Source: Felis catus
Lineage: Eukaryota
Direction of reading: 5' to 3'
Length of the DNA stretch: 64,000 nucleotides
NCBI RefSeq assembly: GCF_018350175.1
Contig: NC_058368.1
Span: 29,886,001 to 29,950,000, forward strand
Position numbers and translations under genes: made by a program. Under the pieces are notes generated by a model. That model saw nothing but the letters and a program-made list of their open reading frames with translations. It made no database searches and was not told where the DNA came from. Shown here in pieces: positions 49,757 to 63,869 of this stretch (position 1 is its first letter; every line of letters begins with the position of its first letter).

Positions 49757-49919
49757 TAATTTTTTAAAGTTTGTTTATTTTGAGAGAGAGAGATTGAGAG
49801 AGAGAGAGAGAGAATGAACAGGGGAGGGGCAGAGAGAGGAGAGACAGAATCCCAAGCAGGCTCCATCTGTCAGTGCAGACCTGAGCCGAGATCGAGTCTG
49901 ATGCTCAACTGACTGAGCT
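49757..49919 (-). mobile_element. Can-SINE (internally deleted, head truncated)
   Basis: gagagagaatgaacaggggaggggcagagagag...cagtgcag|acctgagccgagatc. Confidence 0.85.
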
Positions 49920-50835
49920 ATTTAATTTTTTTTAAATAAATCTTTGCTGACTTTAAACTTCTGGAAGTTTCCTTTCTAAAAATGATTGTAAAAAGTTGAC
50001 TTTTAGGCTCGGTGAAGGACTATGAGATTAAGCTTAAGAAATCTGGATTAGTGAGATATCAAGAAATCCAGGTAATTTTGTTATTATTATTTTTATTATT
50101 TTCTAGTGCAGCATTTTCTAAAGTGGAAGTGTTTTTCATTGGGTATGGAAAGAAAATATGAGAACTTCTATTCATAAGTATTTTATTTTAAATGTATAAT
50201 ACTTCATCTGTTATGAGTATTCAAGTCTTTCCACATTTATGAATTTTCTAGATAACTAATGCTTATTCCATTTAGCACAATAATATTTCTATATACACTA
50301 TTTTTTAACAAGATTTTTCCATTAGGCACACAGAACTTTTTGTCATCTTTAAAAGAGTACACTGGCCTTAAGCCTTTTCCTGGTGACTCAGTCATTGCCA
50401 GAGACACTGGAGAGTAAAATTTACTTATGATTGATTTTCACAAGGTGGTACAACATATTAGTAGAAAAACTGGTTGGATGTGAAGACTTTGACTTTTTAA
50501 ATGGAAGAAATCAAATATTTGGTAAATGCTAAAAGACCACCCATAAAATATGAGTGGAGTAAAAAGAATAGCAATATAAGAAACATAGGTGTACCCACGG
50601 CCCTGTTTTCAATAGAATATTTTAATTTCCTCTAAAGCCTGGAGGCACTACTGTCTAGATCCTTCTCTTTCTTTCTACTCTAAGGATGCAACCATTATTA
50701 TAAGTTTTGTGTTCATCATCTTTCTTTTTCATGGCTTCAAAAATGTGTATTTGCAGGCTGAATAAAATGTTCTTTAATTTTTGCATGTTTCTGATTACAA
50801 ATGGAGGCGTATTGTATGTACTCTGCAGCTTGATA

Positions 50836-50872
<37 letters not shown>

Positions 50873-51489
50873 TAAATATATATATACATTTAATTTATTT
50901 TTTGCTCCATATTGTGTTCATGAGATCATTTCTTATTAGGGAGGGTAGCCATACTTTGTTCATTATCACTGATGCATAACATCCCATGTGAGATGACACC
51001 ACATTTATTTATCCAACCTAGTGGGTTGTCTCTAGATTTTACTATCACAAACGGCAGCGTTTGAATGTACTTTGCACACACCGCCTGTGCGCACGTGCAG
51101 GAATTTCTCTTGAGAACGAATCTAGGGTTGGAATTGCTGAGTCATAGGTTTATGTATATTTATTTTTAAACTAGATGAAGCCAAAATGTTCTCCAAAATA
51201 ATTGTCCAAATTTATACTCCCAGCTGCAGAATTCATGAGTTTTGGATGTTCTACCTTCTCTCTAGCACTTGGTATTGTCAAACTTTTAATTTTTGCTTTG
51301 CTGTAAGTGTGAAGTGTTAAGACATTATCGTTTTAATTTGCATTTCCCCAGTTACTAATGAGGGTGAGCATTTTCTCCCCATATTTATAGTTTATGCAGA
51401 TTTTCCTTTCTATGAAGTGCCTGTTCAAGTATTCTTCCCGAACTAATTGTTTTGTTTGCCTTGTTTTGTGCGTTGATCTGTGGTTCGTT

Positions 51490-51665
51490 AGAATGAATTT
51501 CATCAAATCTAAGAGATCACTGATTATAAGAGGTGCTACTATTTTATTTATTACTAAGAAGGAGAAATACTAACAAATTGTGACACACTGTTGATAGTAA
51601 GATGCGTCTGATCTAAAAGATGCTAAAATATGAAAGACATGTGCATTTCAGAACGTTAAAATATT
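51490..51665. mobile_element. MER104-like Tc2/mariner MITE
   Basis: atttcatcaaatctaaga...gtaagatgcgtctgat...agatgctaaaatatgaaagacatgtgcatttcagaa resembles MER104. Confidence 0.5.
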
Positions 51666-52153
51666 ATATATTCAGGATATTAATCCTTTGCCAATTAAAT
51701 GCATTTTGAAGTATATTCTCCAGCTTGTATTTTGTCTCTTTATCTTCTTTATACAGTATTTTGATGCAAACTAGTTTTTAACTGAATATCTTAAATCAAG
51801 TCTAATTTTAAAAGCTTTTTCTCTATGCTTTGTACATTTTGTGTCTTAAGAAGTCTCTCTCACGCTGAATCATAAAGATATTTTTCAATATTTTCTATTA
51901 TACATTTCATGGGTTTGACTCCTGCATTTGGGATTTTACTTTACTCCATAATTGATTTTGGAGTATGACATGAGGAAGGCTCCAAAATAATATCAATGGA
52001 TCTAGCATCAAAAAACCCCATTCTTCACCAACTGCTCTGTAATTCTATTTCAATCTTAAATCAAGTGTTTATAGATGCGGGTGGTCTGCTTATGGCTTCC
52101 CAGATCTGTTCCATTAGTATATTTGTTTCTTCCAACACCATTACCATGCAGAT

Positions 52154-52322
52154 GGGTGTGGATCTACCATGAAGCTCAAGAAGCTTGGACAACAATACCT
52201 CCTCATTTCAGTACCTCTCATTTGCTTGGGTCTCTGACTTAATAGTTATAATTTTGTATTATTTTCTTTAGAAGCGTACTCAATTTGCATAAACTTCAGG
52301 CCCTACATACCTAGATCCACCC
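52154..52322. mobile_element. MER96-like hAT MITE
   Basis: TIRs gggtgtggatcta / tagatccaccc; internal ccatgaagctcaagaagctt and aattttgtattattttctta...aacttcaggccc. Confidence 0.65.
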
Positions 52323-53402
52323 TTTTGTGCAATCTTAATTCCTATCACCTCAAGTCCTCTTCCTACCTCCCCATTCTTGTTCTTCTGAAATGCCTTGACT
52401 ATTCTTGGCCTTTGCTTTTTTGTATGCATTTTAGAATCACCTTGTCGTCTCCCATAAATAAACTTCAGTATTTTAAGTGGAATTACATCACATCTCTAAG
52501 TAAAATAGGAAACATGGACATCTTCGCAATATGGAGTTTTCAACTCATGGATATCTCTCCATTTACTTACATTAATGTCTTTCATAGAACTTCATAATTT
52601 GTAATAAATATTTTGCATATTTTTTATTAGCTTTTAGTTTTTGGGGGGCATTGTAGTGAAAAAAACCCGGTATTTCCCAAGTATTATTGATAGTACAGAG
52701 AAATGCAATTGAATATTGAATACTGAATTTATATTCAGCAGCTTTGTTTATCTTTACTATTAGTTCTAGTAGCTAATCGTATGTTAGTATTGTCAATTTT
52801 GTTTCTCTTTTTCCAATCCATACTCCCCCCTACCCTCTGTTCCTCCCTCTCTCTGTCTGTCCTTCTCTTCCTTTTCTCCTTTCTTTCATTCTTGTTTTCC
52901 TACACTGCCTAGTGTCCCCAGTGCAATGTTGTAGAGATTATAGGCACCTTGTCTTCTTTTTTAAAAATAGCTTTATTGAGACATAATTCACCTACCATAC
53001 AATTCATCCATTTAAAGTGTATGACCTAATGGTTTTTAATCTATTCAAAAAATGATGCAACCATTATCGCAGCTTAATTTTGGAACATTATTGTTATCCC
53101 AAAAAGAAGCCCTGTATTTATTAGCAGCCATTCACTCTCCATTGTAACAGTCCTTCCCCCAATATCCACCCCTAACGCAGCCAATCCTGGGAAAGCACTG
53201 ATATTTCTTTCTCTGTAGATTTGCTTATTCTGGATGTTTCATATAAATGGAATATGTGGCCTTTTGTGGCTGGCTTCTTCCACTTAGTAGAATGTTTTTA
53301 GGTTTCATCCCTGTTGTAGCATGTATCAGTACATAATTTGTTTGTATTGCCAAATAATATTCCATTGTGTGGGTATGGCATATTTTATTTATGGATTCAT
53401 TG

Positions 53403-54026
53403 TGTAACTGAACCCAGTTCCATCTGCCTGATGCTCAGCAAAACCAATCACTGAGACATCAAGTATGGGGCAAGGAAAGAGTTTATTTGTGAGGCAGTCA
53501 AATGAGGAGATGGGAGGACAAGCCTCAAATCCACCTCCCTGAAGGGGGAGAGAACAGTTTTTTATAGGGGTTGAAGTTACATATATATTGATGAACAGGG
53601 CAGGGAAACTTCTGACTATTCACGAGGAAAGATGGTGCATGTGCATTGAGCAAACATGTGTGTAACATACATCCCATGTTCACTTTGGGGTGGAGACAAC
53701 ATCAGACTGAGATATAACTGAGCCTGATGTCAGGAGCTTATCTTAGGACAAGAAAAATGGGCTATGGGTATGCTCTGAGAGCCAGTATAAACTGGATGGG
53801 GTCTTGGGCTTGTTATCTTGGGTAAGGAATGTAGGGTCTTGCTTGTTCATAGTCTGGACCCTTATCAGTTGACCTTGAGTGCAGGCTTCTGCAGAGACAG
53901 CTAGTGGATTTGTTACTGGCGTCCGAAAAGACACAATAGCAGATAAAGGAGAAACAATTTTCTGAAAAACAAGCTTTGAACTTTCTTCCAGTTTCAACTT
54001 CATTAACCCTATGGAGCCCGGTTTCA
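53403..54026 (-). mobile_element. Solo LTR, ERV1-like (624 bp), inserted in old L1
   Basis: TG...CA ends, 4-bp TSD attg (53399-53402/54027-54030), minus-strand AATAAA (~53482) and TATA (~53562); host L1 resumes after it. Confidence 0.85.
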
Positions 54027-56424
54027 ATTGATTGATGGATATTTGGGTTATTTCTACTTTTTGGCGATTATGAACAATGCTGCTATGAACATTCATGTAC
54101 AAGTTTTTGTGTGGACATATGTTTTCAGTTCTCTTGGGCATATATCTAGAAATGAAATTCCTGCGTCATATGTTGACTCTACATTTTATCTTTTGGGGAA
54201 CTGACAGACTCTTTTCCAAAGTGGCTGTAGCATCTTGTGTTCCCTCCAGTAATGTATGAAAGTTCAGATTTCTCCACATTCTTGCCAACATTTGTTATTG
54301 TCTGTTTTTTTGGTCATTGCTATCCTTGAGGGCGTTGTGTTATCTCACTAGGGTTTTGCATTTCTCTGATGGCTAATGGTGATGAGTATTTTCACATGTG
54401 CTTATTAACCATCTATCTTCTTTGGAGAAATGTTTATCAGGTCTTTTGACCATTTTTGAAGTAGGTTATGTGTCTTTATTTTTGAGTTGTAAGAGTTCTC
54501 TAGGTATTCTAGATGCAAGTCCCTTATCAGATATGTAATTTGCAAATATTTTCTCCTATATGGCTTGTATTTTAATTTTCTTGATGATGATATTTGAAAC
54601 ACAGAACTTTTTAATTTTGGTGAAGTCCACTTTATCTATTTTTTTCGTCATGTGTACTTTTGGTATCATATCTAAGAAGACTTTGCCTAACCCAAGATCA
54701 CAAAGATTTATGAGTCATTTAGGCTTTTCAGTAAATCTCTTTTAAAAGGCTAAGAAACTTGCCCTCTATTATGCAAATACTTGGAATTCCATCAAATGCA
54801 TTTATTTGTACTTATTGAAATGACCATACTTTTTCTTATTTTACCTTTTATTTTGGTCAAGTACATCAAATTGGCTCTCTAATGTCAAACTTTCAATCCT
54901 GGCATATATCCAGGTTGTTCATGACACAGTATATTTTTTCACATAGTGCTATATTTGATTTGATAATATTTTCTTTAGGAGTTTTGCATCTATGTTCATA
55001 AATGAGATTGACTCTCATTTATAAGTTGAGCTGGTGAGTATTCTCTCTTTTACTCTGCTCTTGGGTAGATTTTTGTAAGATTAAAATTATTCTTGAATGT
55101 TCGATAGAATTTTCTGGCAAAACCCTTTGTGTTTCTATATGGAAGGATTTTTAACTACTGATTCAAATTTTTTTTAAATGGGACTTCATATTATGCATTT
55201 TTTTATTTCTAGGAATTTTGTAGGAATGTGTCCATCTCATTTAAATTTTCAAATTTATTGGCATAGAATTGTTCATAATATCCTTATTCTTTAAAAACAT
55301 TTCCACTGCATGAAGTTGTATCTTCTTTTTATTCCTAAAAATGTATATTTGTGCCATTTTTTTTCTTGATCAATGTTGCTGGTGTTTTGTCAATATTATT
55401 GCTCTTTTCAAAAATCCTACTCTTTGCTTTGTTCATAGTCTCTATTATATTGACTCTCCCAGTGATGAACTCCAGGTTGCCCTAGCTCCCTGTTTTCCTA
55501 AGCAATGCTACAATGTGCATCCTCCAACATGTCTCCTTTTGGACCTATGTGGGAAGTTGTCTGGAATGTATATTCAGGACCAGATTTTCTGGACCAGAGG
55601 GAATGCATGTATGTAGTTTGAATAGGCAGGGTTGATTTCTCTCATTGGTCTATAATCTCACTGGCAGTGGATGGGGTTTTCCTATGTCCCCACATCCCCA
55701 CCTAACAATTGAGCTCATCTACCTTTCAAATTTTAACAATTTTAATAGGTATAAAGTGATAAGCATTTTTGCTTTAATTTGTATTCTCTGATTACCAGTG
55801 TTTTGGTACATTTTATTACGTGCTTGTTGCCTTTTGGGATGTTCTTCTGTTCATTGCCTATTCATATGCTTTGTCTTTTTTTTTTTTTTTTATAGTTTCT
55901 ATCTTTTGCTTACTGATTTGCAGTCATTTTCTGGATATTCTACATATTAGTCTTTTGTCAGATTTAGACACTGCAAATACATTTTTCTGTTTTGTTGGTT
56001 GTTTATTAATTTTTTTCCATCGTACATTTTGCTGAATAGAAGTCCTTAAGTCTGATGTAATCAAACTCATCAATTCTTTTGCCTAATGGTGTATGCATCT
56101 AAAGTTTTAAGAAGTTCTTCCCAATACTAGATTACAAAGAAAACCTACTTTTTCTTGTAGTAACTTTATCCTTTTTACCTTTTATATTCATGTCATAAAT
56201 TCATCTAGAACTCAACTTTGTAGGTAGTATTAGGAAGAAATCTAGTTTGTTTTCTTTCATACAACAAGACAGCATCTACTAAAGTATCTGTTTTTCCTAT
56301 TGATTTTTAATGTCACAATTATTGCATAATAGATTCTTATATATCTATGAATCTGTCTCTGAGTTACATGAACCAAAACCATATTATTATTGTTACTATT
56401 ACTATAGCTTTAAAAAGTGTCCTA

Positions 56425-58130
56425 GGCAAAAGACCATGAATAGGCAACACAATATTGAAGGAGAAGAACAAAGCTGGAGGACTGACACTACTCAACTTCA
56501 AGACTTCAAGATAAAGGTCCAGCAATCAAGACGGTGGTATTGGTGAAAGAAAAGACAAATAGATCATTGGAATAGAATAGGGAGCCCAGAAATAGATCCA
56601 TGTAAATATAATCATTTGATCTTTGGCAAAGGAGCAAAAACAATACAACAGAACAAAGTTAGTCTTTTCAACAAATGATACAGGAACAACTGGACATCTA
56701 TATGCAAAAAAAAAAAATGAGTCTAGACACAGACCTTATATCCTTCACAAAAATTCTCTCGATATGAATCACAAGCATAAATGTAAAATGTAAAACTATA
56801 AAACTCCTAGAAGATAACATAAGAGAAAGCCTGTATGGTCTTGGGAATGGCTGTGACTTTTGAGGTACAACACTAAAGGCAGGATCTATGAATAAAACAA
56901 TTGGTAAGCTGGACTTCATTAAAATAAAAAAAAAAACCTTCTGTTCTGCAAAAGACGGTGTCAAGAAAATGAAAAGATAGGCTATTTGCAAAAGAGAAAT
57001 ATTTGCAAATTACAATGATTGTTATTGAAGATACACAAACAGGGGCATCTGGGTGGCTCAGTTGGTTGAACACCTGACTTTGGCTTAGGTTATGATCTTG
57101 TGGTTCATGAGTTCGAACCCCACATCAGGTTTGCTGCTGTTAGTCCGTCAGTGCGGAACCCACTTCTGATCCCCTGCCCCTCCCCCAATTGCACTCTCTC
57201 AAAAATAAATAAAACATAAAAAAAAAGAGAAAATACACAAAGAATTTCTTATGAACAACGAGATATGGCTACACTCTGATTAGAACGGCCAAAATCCACG
57301 ACACTCACAGCACCAAATGCTCGCAAGGATGTAAAACAACAGGAACTCACATTCACTGCTGGTGGGAATACAAAATGGTACAACCACTTTGAAAGACAGT
57401 TTGGCAATTTCTTAGAAAACTGAACATATTATGCAATCCAACAATCATACTCGTTATTTACCCAAAGAAATTGAAAACATGTCTACACAAAAATCGGCAC
57501 AATACCAGCAGTGTTATTCATAATTGCCAAAATTGGAGGCAACCAAGATGTTCTTCTGTTAGTGAAGAAACTGTGGTATGTCCAGACATTGGAATATCAT
57601 TCAACACTAAAAAAAATTGAACTGTCAACTCATGAAAGTACATGGAAGAACTTAAATGTATGTTACCAAATGAAAGAAGCCAATCTGAAAACACCACATA
57701 TTGTATGATTCTAACTATGTAACATTCCGGAAAAGGTAAAACTGTGAAGACAGTACAAACATCAGTGGTTGTCAGGGTAAGGGAGAAGGGAGAAATGAAT
57801 GGAAGGAGACTTTTACACAGCGAAAATCTGTAAGATTTATCTGTAAGATACCATAAAGATGGATTAAGTAATTCTACATTTGTCCAAACCCATAGAATAT
57901 ACAACACCAACAGTGTATCCTTATGTAAATTACAAACTTTAGGTGATATGCCAATGTAGGTTCATCAATTGTATGAATGTGCCACTCTGGTGGGAAATGT
58001 TGATAATGAAGCGAGGAGCCTATGCATGTATTGGGGGCAGGGATTAAATGGGAAATCTCTGTATCTTTCTCTCAATTTTTCCGTGAACCTAAAACTGCTC
58101 TAAAAAATGAAGTCTTAATTAAAAAAAAAA
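56425..58130 (+). mobile_element. L1MC-type fragment (ORF2 end + 3'UTR), plus strand
   Basis: aagaacaaagctggaggactgacact...gacaaatagatcattggaatagaatag...gtgaacctaaaactgctctaaaaaa + poly(A). Confidence 0.85.
57042..57230 (+). mobile_element. Can-SINE in L1MC fragment
   Basis: ggggcatctgggtggctcagttggttgaac head, A tail. Confidence 0.9.
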
Positions 58131-58979
58131 AAAGAGAGTATTCTAAGTATGATAGGTCAAATGCCTGCCCCTTCTTCAAGGCCAACTAAACTATGTATAA
58201 GTGTTTGTATCTTCACAAAAATTTTAGATTAAATTTGTTGAGTATTTCAGAAAATTCAAATGGAATTTCGAGATCATATTGAATTTATAGATTAACTTGG
58301 AGGAAAATTGACATCTTTATTATATTATCTCATCCAAAAACATGGAACATCTTTTCATTTATTCAGATCATCTTCTATTTCTTTTGTTAGAACTTAAAAT
58401 ATTTTACCATAGAGCTTTTGTGTATTTTTGATTAATGTAATTCAAGGAAATTAATAATTTTTGTTGCACTTGTGAATGGATTATTTTTGGCTATTGCTTT
58501 TCATAGGTTGAAGTCAATTCTGTTAAGTTTTCTAAACAGATGATCATATCATCAGAGGATGACAGATATTTTATCTTTTCCTGTCTAATTCTTAACCATA
58601 CCTCCTTTTCTCCCTTACAGTATAGGGAAAAACTCTAGTTATGTTAAAAGTAGCGAGGCTTCTGGGAATCCTTGCATTGTTTTCAACGCTACAGGGAATG
58701 CATCTAAAGTTTCTCCATTAAGCATAATATTAACTATAGGTTTTTGTATATAAATTTTATCCAAAAAGTAAGTTCCTTTCTATTCTTTTTATCCTAAGGT
58801 TTTTTTAAAGTTATGAATAGATGTTTTATTTTAATAAAGGCTTTTCCTGCATTGGGATAATGTTTACTAATGTGTGAAGTTGCACTGATAGAATTTTTTT
58901 CCTGATTTTGAATCATTCTTACAGTACATGGATAAATCACACTTGAAAATGATATATTAGTATTTATAATACACTGTAG

Positions 58980-59300
58980 TGTAGCAGGATTCTCGCAGAG
59001 AGTCACGACACCAAGGCTTTTTTCAGGAAGCAACTTTATTCCCGCTAGCAACTCTCAGTTGGGTTCATACTGTAGAACTGAGCCCAAGCATCACGTGGCA
59101 TAGTTTTTTATACATTTTCTATTTCTTTGTCTTCCATATATGGTAACACACACAAACATGTATTCTGATTAAGTGGTCTCATGTTACAAGGTCATGAGGG
59201 ATGTTGTCACATACACCCATAGCCAGGTTACCTTGAGTTTTTTTTGTTTTTTCTCTTTTTCTCTTTTTTACCCTCTCCTTAGGGAGAGGACCCTACCACA
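58980..59300 (-). mobile_element. Short solo LTR, ERV1-like (321 bp)
   Basis: tgtagcagg...cctaccaca ends, 4-bp TSD gtag (58976-58979/59301-59304), minus-strand AATAAA (~59035) and TATAAAA (~59105). Confidence 0.82.
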
Positions 59301-59429
59301 GTAGGACTAGATTAACTTGTTTACATTTATGTTCATGAGTAAAATGCTGTTATTTATTTATTTATTATTCTCATCTGCTCTGGGAATTGAGGTTTCACTA
59401 GTTGCCTGAAATGAGCTGGATAGCTTCTG

Positions 59430-59490
59430 TTTTCTTTTCTTTTCTTTTCTTTTCTTTTCTTTTCTTTTCTTTTCTTTTCTTTTCTTTTCT
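59430..59490. repeat. (TTTTC)n pentanucleotide microsatellite
   Basis: Visible directly. Confidence 0.95.
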
Positions 59491-59587
59491 ATTCTTTGGA
59501 ATAGCTTGTATAAGAATTTAGTGCTTCTTCGAAAGTTTAGTAAAACTCACCTATAAAATCATTTGGCTGTTTATTATTGTGTAAAAA

Positions 59588-59605
59588 TTTTTTTAATGTT
59601 TACTT

Positions 59606-59660
<55 letters not shown>

Positions 59661-59829
59661 AGAGAGAGAGCAGGGGAGGGGCAGAGAGAGGGAGACACAG
59701 AGTCCAAAGCAGGCTCCAGGCTCTGGGCTGTCAGCACAGAGCCCAATGCGGGGCTCAAACTCAGGAACCGTGAGATCATGACCTGAGCTGAAGTCGGTCA
59801 CTCAACCGACTGAGCCATCTAGGCACCCC
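59588..59829 (-). mobile_element. Can-SINE with expanded (GA)n
   Basis: SINE body ending gactgagccatctaggcacccc. Confidence 0.94.
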
Positions 59830-60624
59830 AACTTTTTATTTTTTTTGAGAGGGTAGATGTTTGAATACTTCAGGTATTTAATACTTAATAACTTTGTCCG
59901 TTCAAGTTACCTATTTCCTCTTGTACCATATACTGCATTTTGTATTCTTTAAGAATTTATCCATTTTATCAAATTGTCAGATTTATTAACAGTTAGTTAT
60001 TTATGACACCCTGTTCTTATTTAAAAAGTCTCTCTATTTCTCCTCTGTCTGTATATTTTTACTTGAATATTAAAAAAAAAATCTTTCTCTTATTTTATCA
60101 GAGGTTTGCTTCTTTTAACGAGCCTCTTAAGTGAACCAGTTTTAATGAGCTCTATCATTTGTTAGTCTGTTTCATTGATTTTTGCATTTATTGTTTCCTT
60201 TCTTTTTTGATTCTTTGGGTTTGTCACACTACCTTTTTCCCATCTCACTTAATCAGATGCTTGTTTATCTTTAACCTTTCTTATTTTCTCTTTCCCTCCA
60301 GATTCATTGACTTATAACTGACATACAGAGTTATGTAAGTTTAAGGTATACAGTGTGTTAATTGGATACACTTATATATTGCAAGAAGATTACCACCATA
60401 CCTCCATCACTTCATGCATTTAAAGCTGTAAAAATCAAATACCTCTTATGTTCCACATTTTTAACATATAGTGTTTTCATTCCCATTTTAAAATTTCCCT
60501 CATTTCTGCTTTTTTTTTGTAACTCAAGAATTATTTATTAATAATGTTATTTAGTTTCCAAAGCCACAGGATTTTTTTAAAGCCACTCTTTACAATTAAT
60601 TTTTTCATTTATGGTCTAAAATAA

Positions 60625-60757
60625 ATGTTTATTCATTTATTTTTGAGAAACAGAGAGTGAGTGGGGGAGGGACAGAGAGAGAGGGTGACAGAGCCTGACG
60701 CAGGGGCTCGAACCCAGGAACCATGAGATCATGACCCACTGAGCACCCAGGCACCCC
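60625..60757 (-). mobile_element. Can-SINE, internally deleted
   Basis: Shortened body; flanks tacaattaatttt on both sides. Confidence 0.85.
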
Positions 60758-60892
60758 TACAATTAATTTTTTATTTTATTACATTACCTAGTTTTAAGAT
60801 ATTGGTCATTTGGACGTTTTGCATTTTCATCTATGACCTAACACATAGCTCTTTTGTAAATGTCCCATGCATGTTTGTAAAAATGCACATGT

Positions 60893-61105
60893 GGGGCGCC
60901 TGGATGGCTCAGTCGTTTAAGTGTCCAGCTTTGGCTCAGGTCATGATCCCATGGTTCATGAGTTTGAGCCCATGTCGGGCTCTGTGCTGACAGCTCAGAG
61001 CCCGGAGCCTGCTTCAGATTCTGTGTCTCCTTCTCTTTCTGCCCCTCTCCTGCTTGCGCTCTATCTGTCTCTCTCTCAAAAATAAATAAACATTAAAAAA
61101 TTTTT
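60893..61105 (+). mobile_element. Can-SINE
   Basis: ggggcgcctggatggctcagtcg head; TSD taaaaatgca(c/a)atg. Confidence 0.94.
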
Positions 61106-63165
61106 AAAAATGCAAATGCTCTGAACTCAAACGTACTCACTACATAGTTTATATCTTCAGTGCCCTTTGCTCAACTTTGTGGTTTCTGAGAAGAGTAAGT
61201 TAAATCTCCAACTACAACTGTTGATTTTTTTATTTCATTTGCAGTTCTATCAATTATTGCCTAATATATTTTGAGACAGTATTGTCTGCTGCAAGTATGA
61301 TTTATGATTGATTTATTTTTCTCCTATTATTTTACCACTTTTTGGCCATTTATGTTTTTTGCCTTATAATATACATTGTTGGACACTAAGGTTACTACTC
61401 AGCTCTATTTTAGACCATATGTGTCTCATCAATCTTTTATTTTCTGCCTTTCCATGAGTCTTTTAGGTGCTGCTTTTGTCTGTATGTTTTAACGTTTTAT
61501 TTTGTTGTAGTTTATTTTAAAATCCAATATAAAGTTCTGTATTATCTAATTGAGTTTAGCATAATGACTTCTACTTTAATTATTATGATATTAGAATTAA
61601 TTGCTAGCGAATTATTTTATGTGTTCCATAGCATGTGCTTCCTTTCTTCCATTGTATGGGTGTGAGTTTTCTGCTATTAGTTTAATATTATGTATTTTAT
61701 TTTTTTATATGGTAGCCTCCTTTAACTTAAGACACAGGCTTGTATTTATTTATCCCTGATTTCTTAAGCATATTAATATCCATGTCTTCTTAACACTGCA
61801 AGTACTTGGCATGCTCTGATATCTCCTTTGTGTTGAAACTCTTCCTCTAATCTTATTAAGATTGTGTAGAATTTTAGCTCTAGATATGGTGGATACACAT
61901 CCTGTTTTCTTTTGTTTGGTCATATCCCTTTCCTCTGCTTGTTGTTTTTTTATTTTTTAAGACAACAATGCATTTCACAAAAGTATTTAGTGACTCTCAG
62001 TTTTCATATCTGACATATCTTAGTTTTCATAGATAAAATCTCCTAGGATCTTTTCTTCAGCTATTTAAGTATGTCTCCCCAAATGTGGGTCTTCCCCCCA
62101 AATGTGGCAAACTTGTAAGGTCACAGATGCATGAAAATATTTTTTATTACCTCGTCAGAGCTACATAATGAGTTGGCTGTATATTTTAAATTATAGTTTC
62201 AAAATTCTTTCACTGAAATTCTTCAAAATATTATTCCATCATTTTCTTGGATCCTGTATTATGGTTGAGATACCTGATGTCAATTTGATGCCTCTTTCTT
62301 TTTTCCCCAGCTTTATTAATATATAGTTGATACGCAACATTGTGTAAGTTTAAGGTGTACAATGTGTTGATTTGGTGCACTTATATATTACAGTATTATT
62401 ATCACCATAGTGTCGGCTAACACAGGCATCACGTCACATAATAACTATTCTTTTTTTGCCGTGAGAACATTTAAGATCTATACTCTTAGCAATTTTTAAG
62501 TATATAATACAGTATTATTACTGTAATCACCATGCTGCACACTAGATCCCCAGAACGTATCCATCTTATAACTGGAAGTTTGTACCATTTACTGACATTT
62601 CCCTCCTCCACGCCTCCCCCACCCCTGCCCCCAGGCTTTGGTAGCCACCATCCTACTCTCTCTTTCTATGAGTTTGGTATTTTTAGATTCCATGTGTAAG
62701 TGATATCATACAGTATTTGTATTTCTCTGCATGATTTATTTAACTTAGTATGATGCCCTCAAAACCCCCCTGTGTGGGACCACATAGGGAATCCACAGCA
62801 GGATTTCCTTTTCTGTCATGGCTGAATTATATTTCATTATATATTATATAACACATCTTCTTTATCCATTCATCTGTTGATGGACACTTAGGTTCTTTCC
62901 CTATCTTGGCTATTGGGAATAATGTTGCAATAAACATGGGAGTGCAGATGTCTTCCAGATCCTGTTATTATTTCCTTTGGATAAATGCCGAGAAGTGGGA
63001 TTCCTGGATCATATGGTAGTTTGACTTCTAATTTTTTGAGGAACCTCCACACTGTTTTCCTTAGTGTCTGGACTAATTTACATTCCCATCAAGAGTGCAT
63101 GAAGGTTCCCTTTTCTCCACGTCCTCTCTAACACTTGTCATTTCTTTTGAATGGTAGCCATTTTC

Positions 63166-63290
63166 TCAGGTCATGATCTTATGGTTCATGAGTTCAAGCC
63201 CCTCCCTCGTCAGTCTTGCTGAGGACTCAGAGCCTGAAACCTGCTTCGGATTCTGTGTCTCTCCCTTTCTCTGCCCCTCCCCTGCTCGCA

Positions 63291-63325
<35 letters not shown>

Positions 63326-63355
63326 AAAAATAAATAAACATTAAAAATAAAAAAT
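63166..63355 (+). mobile_element. 5'-truncated Can-SINE
   Basis: Starts at ctcaggtcatgatc; long TSD tttgaatggtagccatttt on both sides. Confidence 0.92.
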
Positions 63356-63494
63356 TGCTTTGAATGGTAGCCATTTTAATAAGTATGAGGTGATAGCTCA
63401 TTGTGCTTGATTCTTGTTTTTCTTAGAGGTGATTTTTTCTCCCCACCTCTGGAATCTTGTAGAATCTTCTTTTTATTTTTAATGCTCCTTAAAT

Positions 63495-63515
63495 TTTTAA
63501 AAATATTTATTTATT

Positions 63516-63571
<56 letters not shown>

Positions 63572-63737
63572 TGCACGTGATATCATACGTGCAGAGTGGA
63601 GGAGACAGAATCCAAAGCAGGCTCCGTGCTGTGAGTGCAGAACCCACTGTGGGGCTTGAACTCATGAACTGTGAGATCATGACCTGAGCCAAAATCAAGA
63701 GTTGACTGCTTAACTGACTGAGCTACCCAGATGTCCC
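63495..63737 (-). mobile_element. Can-SINE with expanded (GA)n
   Basis: SINE body ending ctgagctacccagatgtccc. Confidence 0.92.
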
Positions 63738-63869
63738 TTATTGTTAATATTCTTAAATTTCTCTAAAGTGTGAATTTTTTCTTATTTCTCCTTTTGGTTG
63801 CTCTATGAGTTCTTTCAATTTGAGTTATCTGGGGGGACATTTGTCTCCATTATTCTGTTTTTTGTTTAA

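Larger units (their letters stand above)
50550..56420 (-). mobile_element. Patchwork of old L1 fragments (L1ME/L1MB-like), including an L1MB-type 3' end starting ~52965
   Basis: L1 3'UTR/ORF2 antisense motifs (ctttattgagacataattcac...catacaattcatccatttaaagtgta; tgaacaatgctgctatgaacattcatgtacaagtttttgtgtggac; ttaatttgcatttccc). Confidence 0.8.
58140..63830 (-). mobile_element. Patchwork of old L1 fragments including L1MA-type 3' ends (~60300-60410, ~62310-63420)
   Basis: tgtgtaagtttaaggtgtacaatgtgttgattt...gtgagaacatttaagatctatactcttagc...tttagattccatgtgtaagtgatatcatacagtattt. Confidence 0.8.
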
